This document shows, piece after piece, positions 24,317-36,200 of a stretch of DNA of 64,000 nucleotides. Made by a program: the position numbers and the translations under genes. Each line of letters opens with the position of its first letter. The stretch's first letter is position 1. The stretch spans positions 88,226,001-88,290,000 of the forward strand of contig NC_042998.1 in the NCBI RefSeq assembly GCF_006345805.1. The letters are read 5' to 3'. The DNA comes from Octopus sinensis (lineage: Eukaryota). The notes beneath the pieces are model-generated. The model did not search any database, had not been told where the DNA came from, and saw only the letters and a list, made by a program, of their open reading frames with translations.

Positions 24317-25857
24317 GTTAGACATACTAAACTTGATAAAGTAGCTTTTAGTATTAGTAACAAATATAATCCCTCTACATCTGACCATCCTAATGTAGTA
24401 ACACATTCTAAATCTAGAAAAAGAGACATTATTTGGTTCGCCCCACCATTCTCTCTCAGAGGCAAAAATTTACCAAGACTGTTTAAAATTTTGGAATTAA
24501 ATTTTCCTAAGCACCACAAATATTACCCTATATTTAACAAACACTCTATAAAATTATCTTACTCTACCACGCCTAATTTGAGATGTGTTATTGGCATCCA
24601 TAAATAGAAATAAACTCCAATTCCAAACGACTAAAAACTTAGGTCGTCATAAGGTACCCCATATAAGTCCAAATAATATATATAAACCAAAAAAAGTAAT
24701 TCTATCTAAACTTAGACGCAATCAATCCCAACTAAATATAGGCCAACCCGCTTCAACCTTAATAAATCTGATAAAACTACAGATAGGAATGGAGAAACAT
24801 GTAATTGTATGGTGCCCGTATTATGTCCGCTGGATTTTGTTTACGTAAAAACGTAATTTATAAATGCAGCGTGGCAAACGACAATCATCAAGTAAGAGTA
24901 TATATAGGAAGCACCATATATTTTAAGAGACGATATAGAACCCATTTAAGTTCTTTCAATACAAAAATACAATGGCACTAGCTAGATAAATACATGATTT
25001 AAAATTACAAAACATTAATTACACTCTATCCTGATCTATTATAGATAAGACCCCACCATACAATACGATTATATGTAGATGTAGACCATGCCTAAAAGAA
25101 ACCTACAAAATCCTTCGCCTCTATAATTCTATTATATTAAATAAGTTTTCCGACGCTATTCATTTGTGTAATCACAGATACTACTTTCATAAGACTGTAT
25201 AAGTCTGAATTAACTCAATAATAGCCTTAGTAATTTCCATCGCAAAACTTAACATCCTATTGCACATAACGATATACCGCCGAATATAAATGACAATAAA
25301 TTCAGTAAGTAATGTAATTTTTACTCTTATCAGCCCTCATAAAGATTTGCATTAGTTGCATAGTTATATCAGTTCTTCTATAAAAGCTTGCTGTTATCGC
25401 ACACTTTGGCATTTCATCGAATGCATATCTACCATCAATATCGCTTTTCCTTGATGAAGGAGACATTCTCTGAAAATGAATTTTAAGATTCATTTTTTTA
25501 CCCGGACGAATGAACCCCCAGAAATGGCGGTTGGGGTATTTTCTTTTAATATGTAACCTAAATGCTTATTTTGATGCCTATAATTATCTCTTCACTATGT
25601 CTTCAATTCTTTTTTAAAAACACTTTTATCTATATTCCTATACTTCATTATATTATTTCTATGCTTATACATTCATATTCGCATATTCACATGTCCATAT
25701 ACTTTTGATTTTCATATATTACTATATTCTTAATATATTTAAAAAATTTTTATATTAATATATGTTTTATTTTGGGCAATTTTTATCTTAATTAAATCCG
25801 TACAGACATGCATTCATTGTAGTTTGCCTGATTTGAACTTTTCCATTACATTTATGA
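24317..25857 (+). mobile_element. IR1 long copy: Penelope-like element 3' part (linker + GIY-YIG + 3' region), decayed
   Basis: Translation RKRDIIWFAPPFS, HKYYPIFNKHSIKLSYSTTPNL, CNC..CPL..CLRKNVIYKC...VYIGST..FKRRYRTH, CRPCLKE, with stops and frameshifts. Confidence 0.92.
25446..25500 (+). ncRNA. Degenerate hammerhead-like motif in the IR1 3' region (mirror copy ~23318-23372, minus)
   Basis: TTGATGA-A-GGAGA-CAT-TCTCT-GAAA-ATGAAT..ATTCAT. C3 is not conserved and stem I is weak. Confidence 0.35.
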
Positions 25858-25868
25858 TATATACATAA

Positions 25869-25926
<58 letters not shown>

Positions 25927-26507
25927 TCACACACATACACACACACATACATATGTATATATATGTTTTTATTAAACAGCCTGCATTCGTTGTCATAGTT
26001 TTCTACGAGATTTCCTGATTCTTCCATTTGTCGATATCCAGCTACGCAGCATTAGCTTATTTCATGCATCATACTATACATCACATTCAACATAACCTTC
26101 TGTCTCCTACAACTCTACATGATATAAAACCTTATTCGGCTTTACCTCGCCCTATAACTATATAACACATCTGTAGCAAAAAATATTGTTATACAGTCCA
26201 TAAAATACTCTTTTGAAGTCGATATAAGAATGGCTACTGGTTAAATAGTCAGCAGTGTTTATCCGAAAAACAGCGTCAGGTTCATCCACAGATAAGGCGC
26301 AAAATTCCACATATTACAAGCCACTCAGTTGTAAATGGGCAATTAATCATGAGCGAAAAATTGTGCAGGAACCTTTATAGGATGGATCAAATTTAAAAAT
26401 GAAGTATGCTTATTTTTTTTTCGTGACAGTTAATAGGAATTTTAAAGATGAACACATTATTTTCTTATTTACAAGTCTGCTTTCTAAAAGAAATCTTAGC
26501 AATCTTA

Positions 26508-26677
26508 GGCGTAGTTCTGGCTGTACGTTATGAAGCTTGGTTCCGAGCTATATGTTTCTAGGTTCAGCCCCGCTGCGTGGCACTTTGGGCAGGTGTCTTC
26601 TAATATAGCCTCGGGCCGATCAAAGCCTTACAAGTGGATTTGGTAGACGAAGACTGAAAGAAGCCCGTCGTATATAT
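26508..26677 (+). mobile_element. 5' half of a family-2 long SINE (internal TA/GT microsatellite type)
   Basis: GGTTCAGCCCCGCTGCGTGGCACTTTGGGCAGGTGTCTTC...GAAAGAAGCCCGTCGTATATAT; stops at the internal TA tract. Confidence 0.8.
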
Positions 26678-26679
26678 TC

Positions 26680-26901
26680 TTTTATTTGTTTCAGTCATTT
26701 GACTGCGGCTATGCTAGAGCACTGCCTTTAGTCGAACAAATCGACCCCAGGACTTATTCATCGTAAGCCTAGTACTTATTCTATCGGTCGCTTTTGCCGA
26801 ACGGCTAGATTACGGGGTCATAAAAGCACCAGCATTGGTTGTCAAGTGATGTTGGAGGAACAAACACAGACACACACGCACGCACACATACAAACACTCA
26901 A

Positions 26902-26955
<54 letters not shown>

Positions 26956-27114
26956 GACAGGCTTCTTTCAGTTTCCGTCCACCAAATTCATTCACAAGGC
27001 TTTGATTGGCCCGAGGCTATAGTAGAAGACATTTGCCTAAGGTGCCACGCAGTGGGACTGATCCCGGAACCATGTGTTTGGTAAGCAAGCTACTTACCAC
27101 ATAGACATTTCTGC
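26680..27114 (-). mobile_element. Family-2 long SINE, complete
   Basis: tRNA-like head, internal (TA)n/(GT)n, 3' ...GCAGTCAAATGACTGAAACAAATAAAA. Confidence 0.9.
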
Positions 27115-27228
27115 ATCTATGAAGCCACTCCTGATATATAGCCAGATTTTAATAGATCAACAATAAAATTAACAAAACGAGAGGACTCGCAAAAGGAAAG
27201 TATTAGTTTGACGCTCAGTAAAACGAGA

Positions 27229-27266
27229 GTTTTTGACGTTTCTAGCATAGCTTTTCGTCGGAAAGG
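27229..27266 (-). ncRNA. Degenerate minimal hammerhead-like motif in a PLE-type repeat remnant
   Basis: Minus: CCTTT-CCGACGA-A-AAGC-TAT-GCTA-GAAAC-GTC-AAAAAC. Same repeat family as 47380-47560. Confidence 0.4.
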
Positions 27267-27285
27267 AAAAAGGAAAATATACATA

Positions 27286-27326
<41 letters not shown>

Positions 27327-27408
27327 TATATATATAGAAATTCGGGGTGAGTACTTGATAATTATAAGCACCTGTGTATACCGTTTGGTGGTGTAGGTGG
27401 TGGAGTAA

Positions 27409-29340
27409 ATTGATCAAAATAAAATAAAAACATGATGCGAAGGATTCAGCGGTACATATGTTTCGGGCCTTTATTAGACAGATTTATAACAATGCATAAT
27501 GTATGTCTGTGGCCTTCTTCAGCCGCGCACAACAGCTTCCACAAGGACATGTGTTACATCAAAAATTCTTGGTTGGGGATGCAAATCCTCTCATTCACGT
27601 ACGACATAATGCGGCAGCAGCATAGAGTTGAAGCGTCCATCTCTTTCTTCTCTCAATGTAGAATGAGGAAAATTGGATGTTGAGGTAATGTAAATAAATA
27701 AATACATATATGGAGGTGAAGATGGAGGGGCGAGAGTTCGGGACGAGGGATAAAAAATGTATAAAAAGTGTAAGTATAGAATAATATAAAAATGTAGAGG
27801 ATAAAGGGTTGTAAGGAGATGTAAAGGGGGTATAAAGAAATATAAAGTAAAAATAGAAATAGAAATAAAAGTTAAAAAAACTGATAAAAACATGATAAAA
27901 GTGTAAAAGAATGTAAAGATAAGGGATGTATAGAGGTTATGGACCAAGCATGGTGGTCAGGAGATTGATAAAATTTAGTTGTAGAATTGTCAGTACATCA
28001 ACAGTTTCGTCTGGGGACTTAATGCGTTGTAAATCAGAGCTGATGAGCATTTAATCTGGTTCCTTGAATTAAATGGACTTCTGGTACATACATATCATCA
28101 TGGATATATACACCCACATACACGCGTACATATACGCCTCCAAGCCTATAAGCATACACACGCACTCGCGTGTAAACACGTACATAAACACACACGCACC
28201 CACACGCACGCGCGTACACACACATACATACAACAGAATATCCGCATATATACACGGACATTACGCGCGTACACGCTCACATGTATATACGCGCGCCCAT
28301 CACTACATACACACACGTATATGCCCACGCCTCTAGGTCCAGGTATAAGATATTAAAGGATGTGTATAAGAACGTATGTAAAGAATCCCGTACTCATGTC
28401 AATACGCGCACGCACACACGGCTGTGTGTCCGTATGTGCGGTGCACATATACACTCATATTACACACACAGAGACACACGCGCCATGGGTATAGCTATAA
28501 GATATCGAAGTATGCATGTACATATATGCGCGTGCATATGTATGTATGCGTATACACACGTACGCGGACGCTCGTATATTCAAAAGGTGGATCCATAGGT
28601 AAGTAAAAAACATATATAGAGGTGTAAAGCGATAAGTTAGGGGTAAGAATGAGGGGGTAAGGGTAAAGATTAGAAATAAAAAATACAGTATAAAATAAGA
28701 AATACAATGTAATAGTTAGAAATGAAGTATAAGAATTATAAAAATTATAAGAGTTAAGGTAAGGGATGAAAATGAAAATGAGAATAAATGGAAGTAGAAT
28801 AAAAGTAAAAATAAAAGTAAAAATAAAAATAAAATAAAATAAGATAAAAATATAATTTTGTAAAGTTTAACATGAGATGAAGGTGGTTGAAAGTTAGAGG
28901 TGTGTGTTAAACGTAGGGGCGGGCGGGGGGAACTGAAAATTGGAAGGGTGGGAAGTGGAGTTTGGCGGTGTGCGTTCAACATCTGAGTTAGAAATGTGAA
29001 AGGGTATAGATATAGGGGATTAAAGAGACTACATAGGGAGGATATGGGTGTAGGAGAAGAAATATTTAGGGAAAAGAAGTCATATATGGGAGACAAAATT
29101 TGTATATATAGGGGGAAATGCAGGGAACCCTATATGCACGTACACAACCCACACACCACACACACACGCACATGTACATATATATGTATATGTACACATA
29201 CGTACACGTATGTGCACATACATACGCACACACACACACATACACATATACACGCACATATAGGAAAGCGGGATGTGCTGGAGCCGACAGGTTGCACCGG
29301 GTGGGAGGAAATTGCATGGGGGAGTGGTATAAGACCTAAG
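27409..29340 (-). mobile_element. IR2 long copy: non-coding element with a 3' hammerhead (PLE pseudo-LTR/retrozyme-like)
   Basis: 27409-28473 is the reverse complement of 29341-30397. The spacer 28474-29340 has the same purine strand bias as the left arm. No recognisable ORF. Confidence 0.75.
27449..27526 (-). ncRNA. Type I minimal hammerhead ribozyme candidate (left copy)
   Basis: Exact reverse complement of 30280-30357. Confidence 0.72.
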
Positions 29341-30393
29341 CTCTGTGTGTGTATATGAGTATATGTGCACGCACATACGGACACACAGCCGTGTGTGCGT
29401 GCGCGTATTGACATGAGTACGGGATTCTTTACATACGTTCTTATACACATCCTTAATATCTTATACCTGGACCTAGAGGCGTGGGCATATACGTGTGTGT
29501 ATGTAGTGATGGCGCGCGTATATACATGTGAGCGTGTACGCGCGTAATGTCCGTGTATATATGCGGATATTCTGTTGTATGTATGTGTGTGTACGCGCGT
29601 GCGTGTGGGTGCGTGTGTGTTTATGTACGTGTTTACACGCGAGTGCGTGTGTATGCTTATAGGCTTGGAGGCGTATATGTACGCGTGTATGTGGGTGTAT
29701 ATATCCATGATGATATGTATGTACCAGAAGTCCATTTAATTCAAGGAACCAGATTAAATGCTCATCAGCTCTGATTTACAACGCATTAAGTCCCCAGACG
29801 AAACTGTTGATGTACTGACAATTCTACAACTAAATTTTATCAATCTCCTGACCACCATGCTTGGTCCATAACCTCTATACATCCCTTATCTTTACATTCT
29901 TTTACACTTTTATCATGTTTTTATCAGTTTTTTTAACTTTTATTTCTATTTCTATTTTTACTTTATATTTCTTTATACCCCCTTTACATCTCCTTACAAC
30001 CCTTTATCCTCTACATTTTATATTATTCTATACTTACACTTTTTATACATTTTTTATCCCTCGTCCCGAACTCTCGCCCCTCCATCTTCACCTTATATAT
30101 GTATTTATTTATTTACATTACCTCAACATCCAATTTTCCTCATTCTACATTGAGAGAAGAAAGAGATGGACGCTTCAACTCTATGCTGCTGCCGCATTAT
30201 GTCGTACGTGAATGAGAGGATTTGCATCCCCAACCAAGAATTTTTGATGTAACACATGTCCTTGTGGAAGCTGTTGTGCGCGGCTGAAGAAGGCCACAGA
30301 CATACATTATGCATTGTTATAAATCTGTCTAATAAAGGCCCGAAACATATGTACCGCTGAATCCTTCGCATCATGTTTTTATTTTATTTTGAT

Positions 30394-30397
<4 letters not shown>
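29341..30397 (+). mobile_element. IR2 short (5'-truncated) inverted copy
   Basis: About 1.06 kb, near-identical to the left arm; ends in (TA)n. Confidence 0.85.
30280..30357 (+). ncRNA. Type I minimal hammerhead ribozyme candidate (right copy)
   Basis: GCGG[stem I]-CTGAAGA-A-GGCC...GGCC-C-GAAA-C-ATAT-GTA^CCGC[stem I']. Short stem III with a palindromic CATATG loop, as in PLE minimal HHRs. Predicted cut after 30353. Confidence 0.72.
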
Positions 30398-30439
<42 letters not shown>

Positions 30440-30452
30440 GAATGTATGTATA

Positions 30453-30680
30453 CGAGGTGGGTGTGCTGAAAAGTTCTTGTCTTTGGCTTTGGGTAAAAAC
30501 GAAATAGAGGAATATCACTTAATTATGACTTTATCCAGCGTATTACCCTCTCAGATTCACACACTTATTGCAGCGGTCTGTCAGTTTTTCTAAGCCTTAT
30601 AAAAAGAATTCGGAAGGATGGGCCTCCATCCAGATTTTTCGTGGTATCCTTAAACCCAAGAAATCTGCAGCACACATTCG
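30453..30680. mobile_element. Mariner-derived MITE/deletion derivative
   Basis: TA|CGAGGTGGGTGTGCTGAAAAGTTCTTG ... CAAGAAATCTGCAGCACACATTCG|TA. Confidence 0.6.
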
Positions 30681-30714
30681 TACATAAATATATATATATA
30701 TATATTCATACGCA

Positions 30715-30920
30715 TGCGTGTGTGTGTTTGTCCCTCACCACCGCTTAACAACTGGTGTTGGATGCGTTTACGTTCCCGTAACAAAGCTGTTCAGCAAAAG
30801 AGATCGATAAAATAAGTACCATGTTTTAAAACAGTACTGTTGTCAATTCACTCGGATAAAAATTCTTCAAGGCGGTGCCCCAACATGGCCGTAGTCTAAT
30901 GACTAAAAAAGTAAAAGACG
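30715..30920 (+). mobile_element. 3' half of a family-2 SINE
   Basis: GTGTTTGTCCCTCACCACCGCTTAACAACTGG...CAAGGCGGTGCCCCAACATGGCCGTAGTC; no adjacent head. Confidence 0.8.
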
Positions 30921-31934
30921 AAAGGAAATAACGGAGTTAAAATAGTTTTGTAGCGTTATAAAATATTTCTGTTGATCATTTCAATGGATATTTAGAACTG
31001 AAGCGAACAGCAGTAAAACCATTTAAGTATACTTTAATACCTTCAACTGATTTTTTTCCAGACCCTTAGAACTCATAAGATAGGTTATCTGGTTTTTATG
31101 TCGCATAAGTAAGCCATAACACAGCAATCCCTCTCAACGGAACGCTGGTCCGTTGCAGCAATTCGACCCCGGAACTTGACTGCTACTTTATTTTCTCGAC
31201 CTTGAAGAGATCAAAGGCAAAGCTGACTTCGGTGAGATATGAATCCTGGACGTAAAGAGCCGGAAGAAATGCCACTAAGCTCTTTTGTCTGATGTTTTGA
31301 CGATTCTCCCAACACACCACCTTCTTTCTTCAATCAGTGACTTAAGTAATATCAAATACTAAATTTACGAAACTCCTACAAATCTAGGCCTTTGTATACA
31401 TAACGAATAGGAAATTTCATGAACTTCAGAATCAGTTGTTAATTTCATGGATAGCACTCAGAGTACTTAAGAGTTATTAACGTTAAACAAATAAGGCTGT
31501 CTTGAAGTCAATTAATAACTTCTAGATGAATAACACCATAATGATTTTTTTTTTATGGGTGAAGGGAGTAACTATAGATAATCGTAGTTTTGTCGTTAAT
31601 CCCAATAATCACTATGGCAAATCAGAGCTCTTAATTAACATTGTGGTTTCATTTAAAAGAGCACATTAAATATAGCTGCGGAAGAAATCAGGAACGCTAT
31701 TATGCTAGGGCGCAAAAGAAACTGCTAATAAATAAATAAATAAATAAATATATGCATAAACAAATAACATAACATAAAATGAACTAAATTAATTAATCAT
31801 TAGGAAATCGCTTAAATAAATTTCTTTTTTTAGGTAGCATTTCCGCATTCTGACATAGTTTTGTCAAAGATTTGTCATAGGGAAGCAAGAAAATCCATAG
31901 TAGTTTACTCCTGCTGGCGTCTAGGAAACCTGAT

Positions 31935-32020
<86 letters not shown>

Positions 32021-32025
32021 GCGTG
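31935..32025. repeat. (GT)n microsatellite
   Basis: Direct reading. Confidence 0.97.
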
Positions 32026-32262
32026 TAGTTACGAGGAGGCGGGGAATGTTATATTTATTCTTATCATTTCAAAGAGAGATTAAAATCTCTCGTTAAATTT
32101 ACAACTAGGAACGAATTTTACTAGATGTACCATATTATAAATATTAAGCTTATGAAACCATTTTTCTTTTCAAACTGATGAAAACCCTGTTTTCCTTTGA
32201 CGTTTCATGAATAAAGCAATAGCTACAAGCATTTCAATAACAACAGGCAATTTTTTATTTAG

Positions 32263-32677
32263 TTACTCTCTTTACTCTTTTACTTGTTTCAGTCATTTGC
32301 CTGCGGCCATGCTGGAGCACCGCCTTTAGTCGAGCAAATCGACCCCGGGACTTATTCTTTGTAAGCCCAGTACTTATTCTATCGGTCGCTTTTGCCGAAC
32401 CGCTAAGTGACGGGGACATAAACACACCAGCATCGGTTGTCAAGCAATCCTAGGGGGACAAACAGACACACAAACATACACGCACACACACATATATATA
32501 TATATACATATATACGACGGGCTTCTTTCAGTTTCCGTCTACCAAATCCACTCACAAGGCTTTGGTCGGCCCGAGGCTATAGTAGAAGACACTTGCCCAA
32601 GGTACCACGCAGTGGGACTGAACCCGGAACGATGTGGTTGGTAAGCAAGCTACTTACCACACAGCTACTCCTGCGCC
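32263..32677 (-). mobile_element. Family-2 long SINE, complete and little diverged
   Basis: Head GGCGCAGGAGTAGCTGTGTGGTAAG...GGGTTCAGTCCC; tail (AGTAAAAG)-like repeats. Confidence 0.93.
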
Positions 32678-33034
32678 TATGTTGGATAATTTTTTTTTCA
32701 AAATTATATTCAGCACAGGTTTATTTTTTTAAAAATCTAGTGATAAATTGTGTCAATAAAAAAATATAAAAGAAAATATTTTGAACAATTCTAAGTTCGT
32801 GTGTACCGAGAAAATATAATAACAGTTTCCAATTTAGGCACAAGGATTGTAGTTTTGAGAGAAGGTGGTTCGTCTATAGATACCATCGACCTCAGTAGCT
32901 CGCTCAGATACTTCGTTTTATAAACTCTGAGAATTATGATGAAAGTCAAAATTGACCTCAGAGAACGTAAAGGGCCGAAACTAAAGGGGTGTGGTCTTTT
33001 GCCCAACGTTCTCACGATTCTGCCAGCTTGTAGC

Positions 33035-33272
33035 CTTCAGAAAAATCTAAAAAATGGTTTCAAATTTTGGAACAGAGCTAGCAGTTTTTCAGGGGAAAGG
33101 AAGTCGATTATATCAACTCCAGTATTTGACTGGTACTTATTTTATCGACGACCTCAAAGGGATGGAAGCAAAGCCAACCTCAACGGGATTTGAACTCAAA
33201 ATGTAAAGACGGACGAAATGCCGCTAAGCATTTTGTTCGGGGGGGCTAACGGTTCTACCAGCTCGCCGCCTT
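33035..33272 (-). mobile_element. Family-1 SINE
   Basis: AAGGCGGCGAGCTGGTAGAACCGTTAGC head on the minus strand; CORE-like body. Confidence 0.85.
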
Positions 33273-36200
33273 AAAATCAACTCATTATGATGCTAACAAG
33301 TAAATGTGTGTATATGTAGCAACAATACAAAATAATTAATCAATAAATAATCACATAACACCTTTCTATTACATACCTTTAGTCAGAAATCGCGCTGTCT
33401 CTAAAGGCGATCCAAAGAAATGACTAGCCTGTTACTTGAGTCATTTAATTTGAGCATATGAAATTGAAAGTGTAAAACAGAGGGAGGCAGAAGATGCAGA
33501 GGGTAATAAGACAGAAGGAATTGTTCAAAGCCAATTTTTTCACAGTGAAATGTCACATGATTGCTCAGCCCACCGAAAATAGCAGCTAAGTCTTTCACAA
33601 TAACACCCTACCATCTTCAATAAAGGCTATATATATCTGGCTTCCCGTGGGTACTCGATTTGCTAGACACGGGAAACAAATTTACTTCAAATCAAATCTT
33701 ACCGCCATAAATTTGTAAAGGTCACATTGGAAAATATAATCATTTATATCCCAAAATACCATATGTTGCACATACCGTTGGTTGAGTCCATTTAATGTTC
33801 TCTACTTTTTTGTATTTGGATGCATCATTTTATGTATGTTATATGAACACTGTAATGATGTGATCTGGCCACTTCTGATGAAGTATCTTTAGAAATATGC
33901 AATCTCCTCTGTAGTCAATTTTCCGGTATATTAATATATTTTTAAGATGGTAGAACAGGAGTGAAAAATCAATTGGCTGCCATCGTAGCGGGCGAATTGG
34001 ACCTGTGGAAGCATCTTCGTATCATGTTAAATTAAAAGGCTAAAATTCTATTAAAGTATTACATACATATAAACAAAGGTCAACATTTTCCAAATTATAG
34101 CGTTTACAACCTTCCGACCATTCGAAAAGAATAGCCCGTTGTATATTTGGTTGTTTATCAAAGTCTTATTTTAGAAGAAATATGATTATTTATCAGATTG
34201 GTAAACATACGAATAGTTTTTCATTCAAGATTTCACATGATGAAGATTTCCTTGTTATTTAAGTAAAAAGTGGACGATTAAGGCTAAATAAAATAGGAAG
34301 CTGTAACGATTATGCTTCTTTCTAAAAACATTAACAGTATAAGTAAAGCGAACGGGAAATAAAAACAGCTTGCAAATCTGTTTTTCCTGTGTTGCCCGTT
34401 ACAATTTTACATAAAATGAGAATAATAAATATAATCAATATACTGATTTCTTTTAACAAATCGACCACATTTTTATTGCGGAAAGGAACAAAAGGCAACG
34501 CTCATGTTTTTCTCAAAGACATTAGCTGCCTAAGTGAAAGAAATTCACTTACGGCTGAAATTGAAAACTCATAGAATCGATTCACAAGAAGCTTACATTT
34601 TCCTCGTACCCATCTTCTCAAGTGATTCGTTTTCTCTTGATGCAAGGCCATTTGGTTATGTGGTATGTAGTTGATCGAATCGCGTTCAGCTTTTTAGAGC
34701 AAAGGTACATCTTAGCAGGATTTGAATTAGTTACAATAATAAAATCTGCAATCAAATCTTTACCGTGTGCTTCGATGTACTTGCGTCATTAAATTATTGC
34801 AAAGGAATAGAGATAGTTCTTAATATATATATATGTATATATTTGTATTTTGTAACCTTTGCTTTTTCAATGTTTTTCTTATAAAGTTGTTACACTTTAA
34901 ATAGCATCTAAAGTTGATGCTGCTTTATTGTTTATATAACACTGTTGAGAATCGTTAGACCACTGTTAAAGTTCTCATCTTGTGGTGTGTTATTTTATCT
35001 TATTGGAAAAAAGCCAACACATAGGTGTGGTATAATCCATTGAATCGACATTATTATTTTAAGTTGCATTTATTTTATCCACTCCAGACGCGCGAAAGGC
35101 AAAGTTGAACTGTATGCTACGTGAACTGGCAATAAACAAGGTCGCAATTAAATACTAAAAGGTAATTTAGTGCTTTTGTAAGTTATATATTGGCAAAAAT
35201 GATAGGTACAATAGGAAAAGAAGCAAGTTATCTGCATTTCAAAACTTAAACACAGTTTTTATCTCCAGATGAAACTATTTATTTTCATTTAGATTACTCA
35301 TACGCTTAAGAAGCAATTGAACTCTATACTAGCTTTGAATATGTATGGCGAGCTTCGTGGCTAAACAAAACAGAGAACCAAACTATCTATACAAAGAAGT
35401 AATTAGATTACGTAACTGTATAGTTTAGTAGAAAGGAAAAAGGACCAGGTGAGGTAATACGGTGAATGTCCAGTTTGCATTCTCGCAGGTTAGCAGTTTT
35501 AAGGAATTTATAGGCGGGGAGAACTTAAGTTTCCTCTGAATAAATTACAACGATCTCATTTGACAAGCACGGGATGGTGCTGCTACTAATCACACAAACA
35601 TCATAAACGGCATTCAAAAGGTGGCTATTCAAACTGTTTGGTAAATATTCTCTCTCGGTACAAATGAACCGCATACGATCGCGTTGTTTTTCTTTCGTTT
35701 CTTCAATCATTCTTACAATAAGTCGCACACTTCCGAACTTGTAAACTGTTCACTTTCGCCTTCCAATCGCTTCTCGTCTTATAAACTTTATTGTGGTTCC
35801 TTTCACTCTAAACATTTGTCTTGTTCATCTTTCTTGGGACTGCAACCAATTAAACTTCCTTCCGAGTTCACCTTTTTTTCTGAAAACAGTGATCGGTGAA
35901 CGTTTTATACAGCATGTCAGTTGCATCAGTTTAATGAGACTGAGAAAAATCTTGAAATAGTATATAGATATTTCTCCATCCCATTTTACTGCCTTCCCAA
36001 ACAAATTACATATGGACCGGGTTGTAAGTAATGCAACGTGAGAAAAAGTGTTTTGAGTAGATTTAGAAAGTTTGAAAGAAGTTGAAGGTTAGATAGTGGA
36101 ACGAGAAGATTTTTTTTATAGCCAAGTAATTTGGCTATTATATAGTATCTAAAGAGAGAAAAAATCGCCTTGACAATAAAAAATTTATTAAACATTGTCT

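Noticed and set aside
24980-25045. In-frame TGA codons in the IR1 GIY-YIG region as selenocysteine (Naiad-type PLEs)
   Set aside because: They fall at Trp-like rather than Cys positions and co-occur with frameshifts; no SECIS was identified.
29765-29820. Second HHR-like motif in IR2 (CTGATTT...CGAAAC...GTA)
   Set aside because: The core lacks G8/A9 and the stems do not register.
33950-34025. Short GC-richer open stretch after TTTTAAG (GRTGVKNQLAAIVAGELDLWKHL)
   Set aside because: Weak donor site and no recognisable homology.
35717-35879. Minus-strand segment with a good acceptor (TGTTTTCAG) and donor (GTAAGA)
   Set aside because: All three frames contain stops. It could be a UTR or lncRNA exon, but nothing in the sequence alone supports that.
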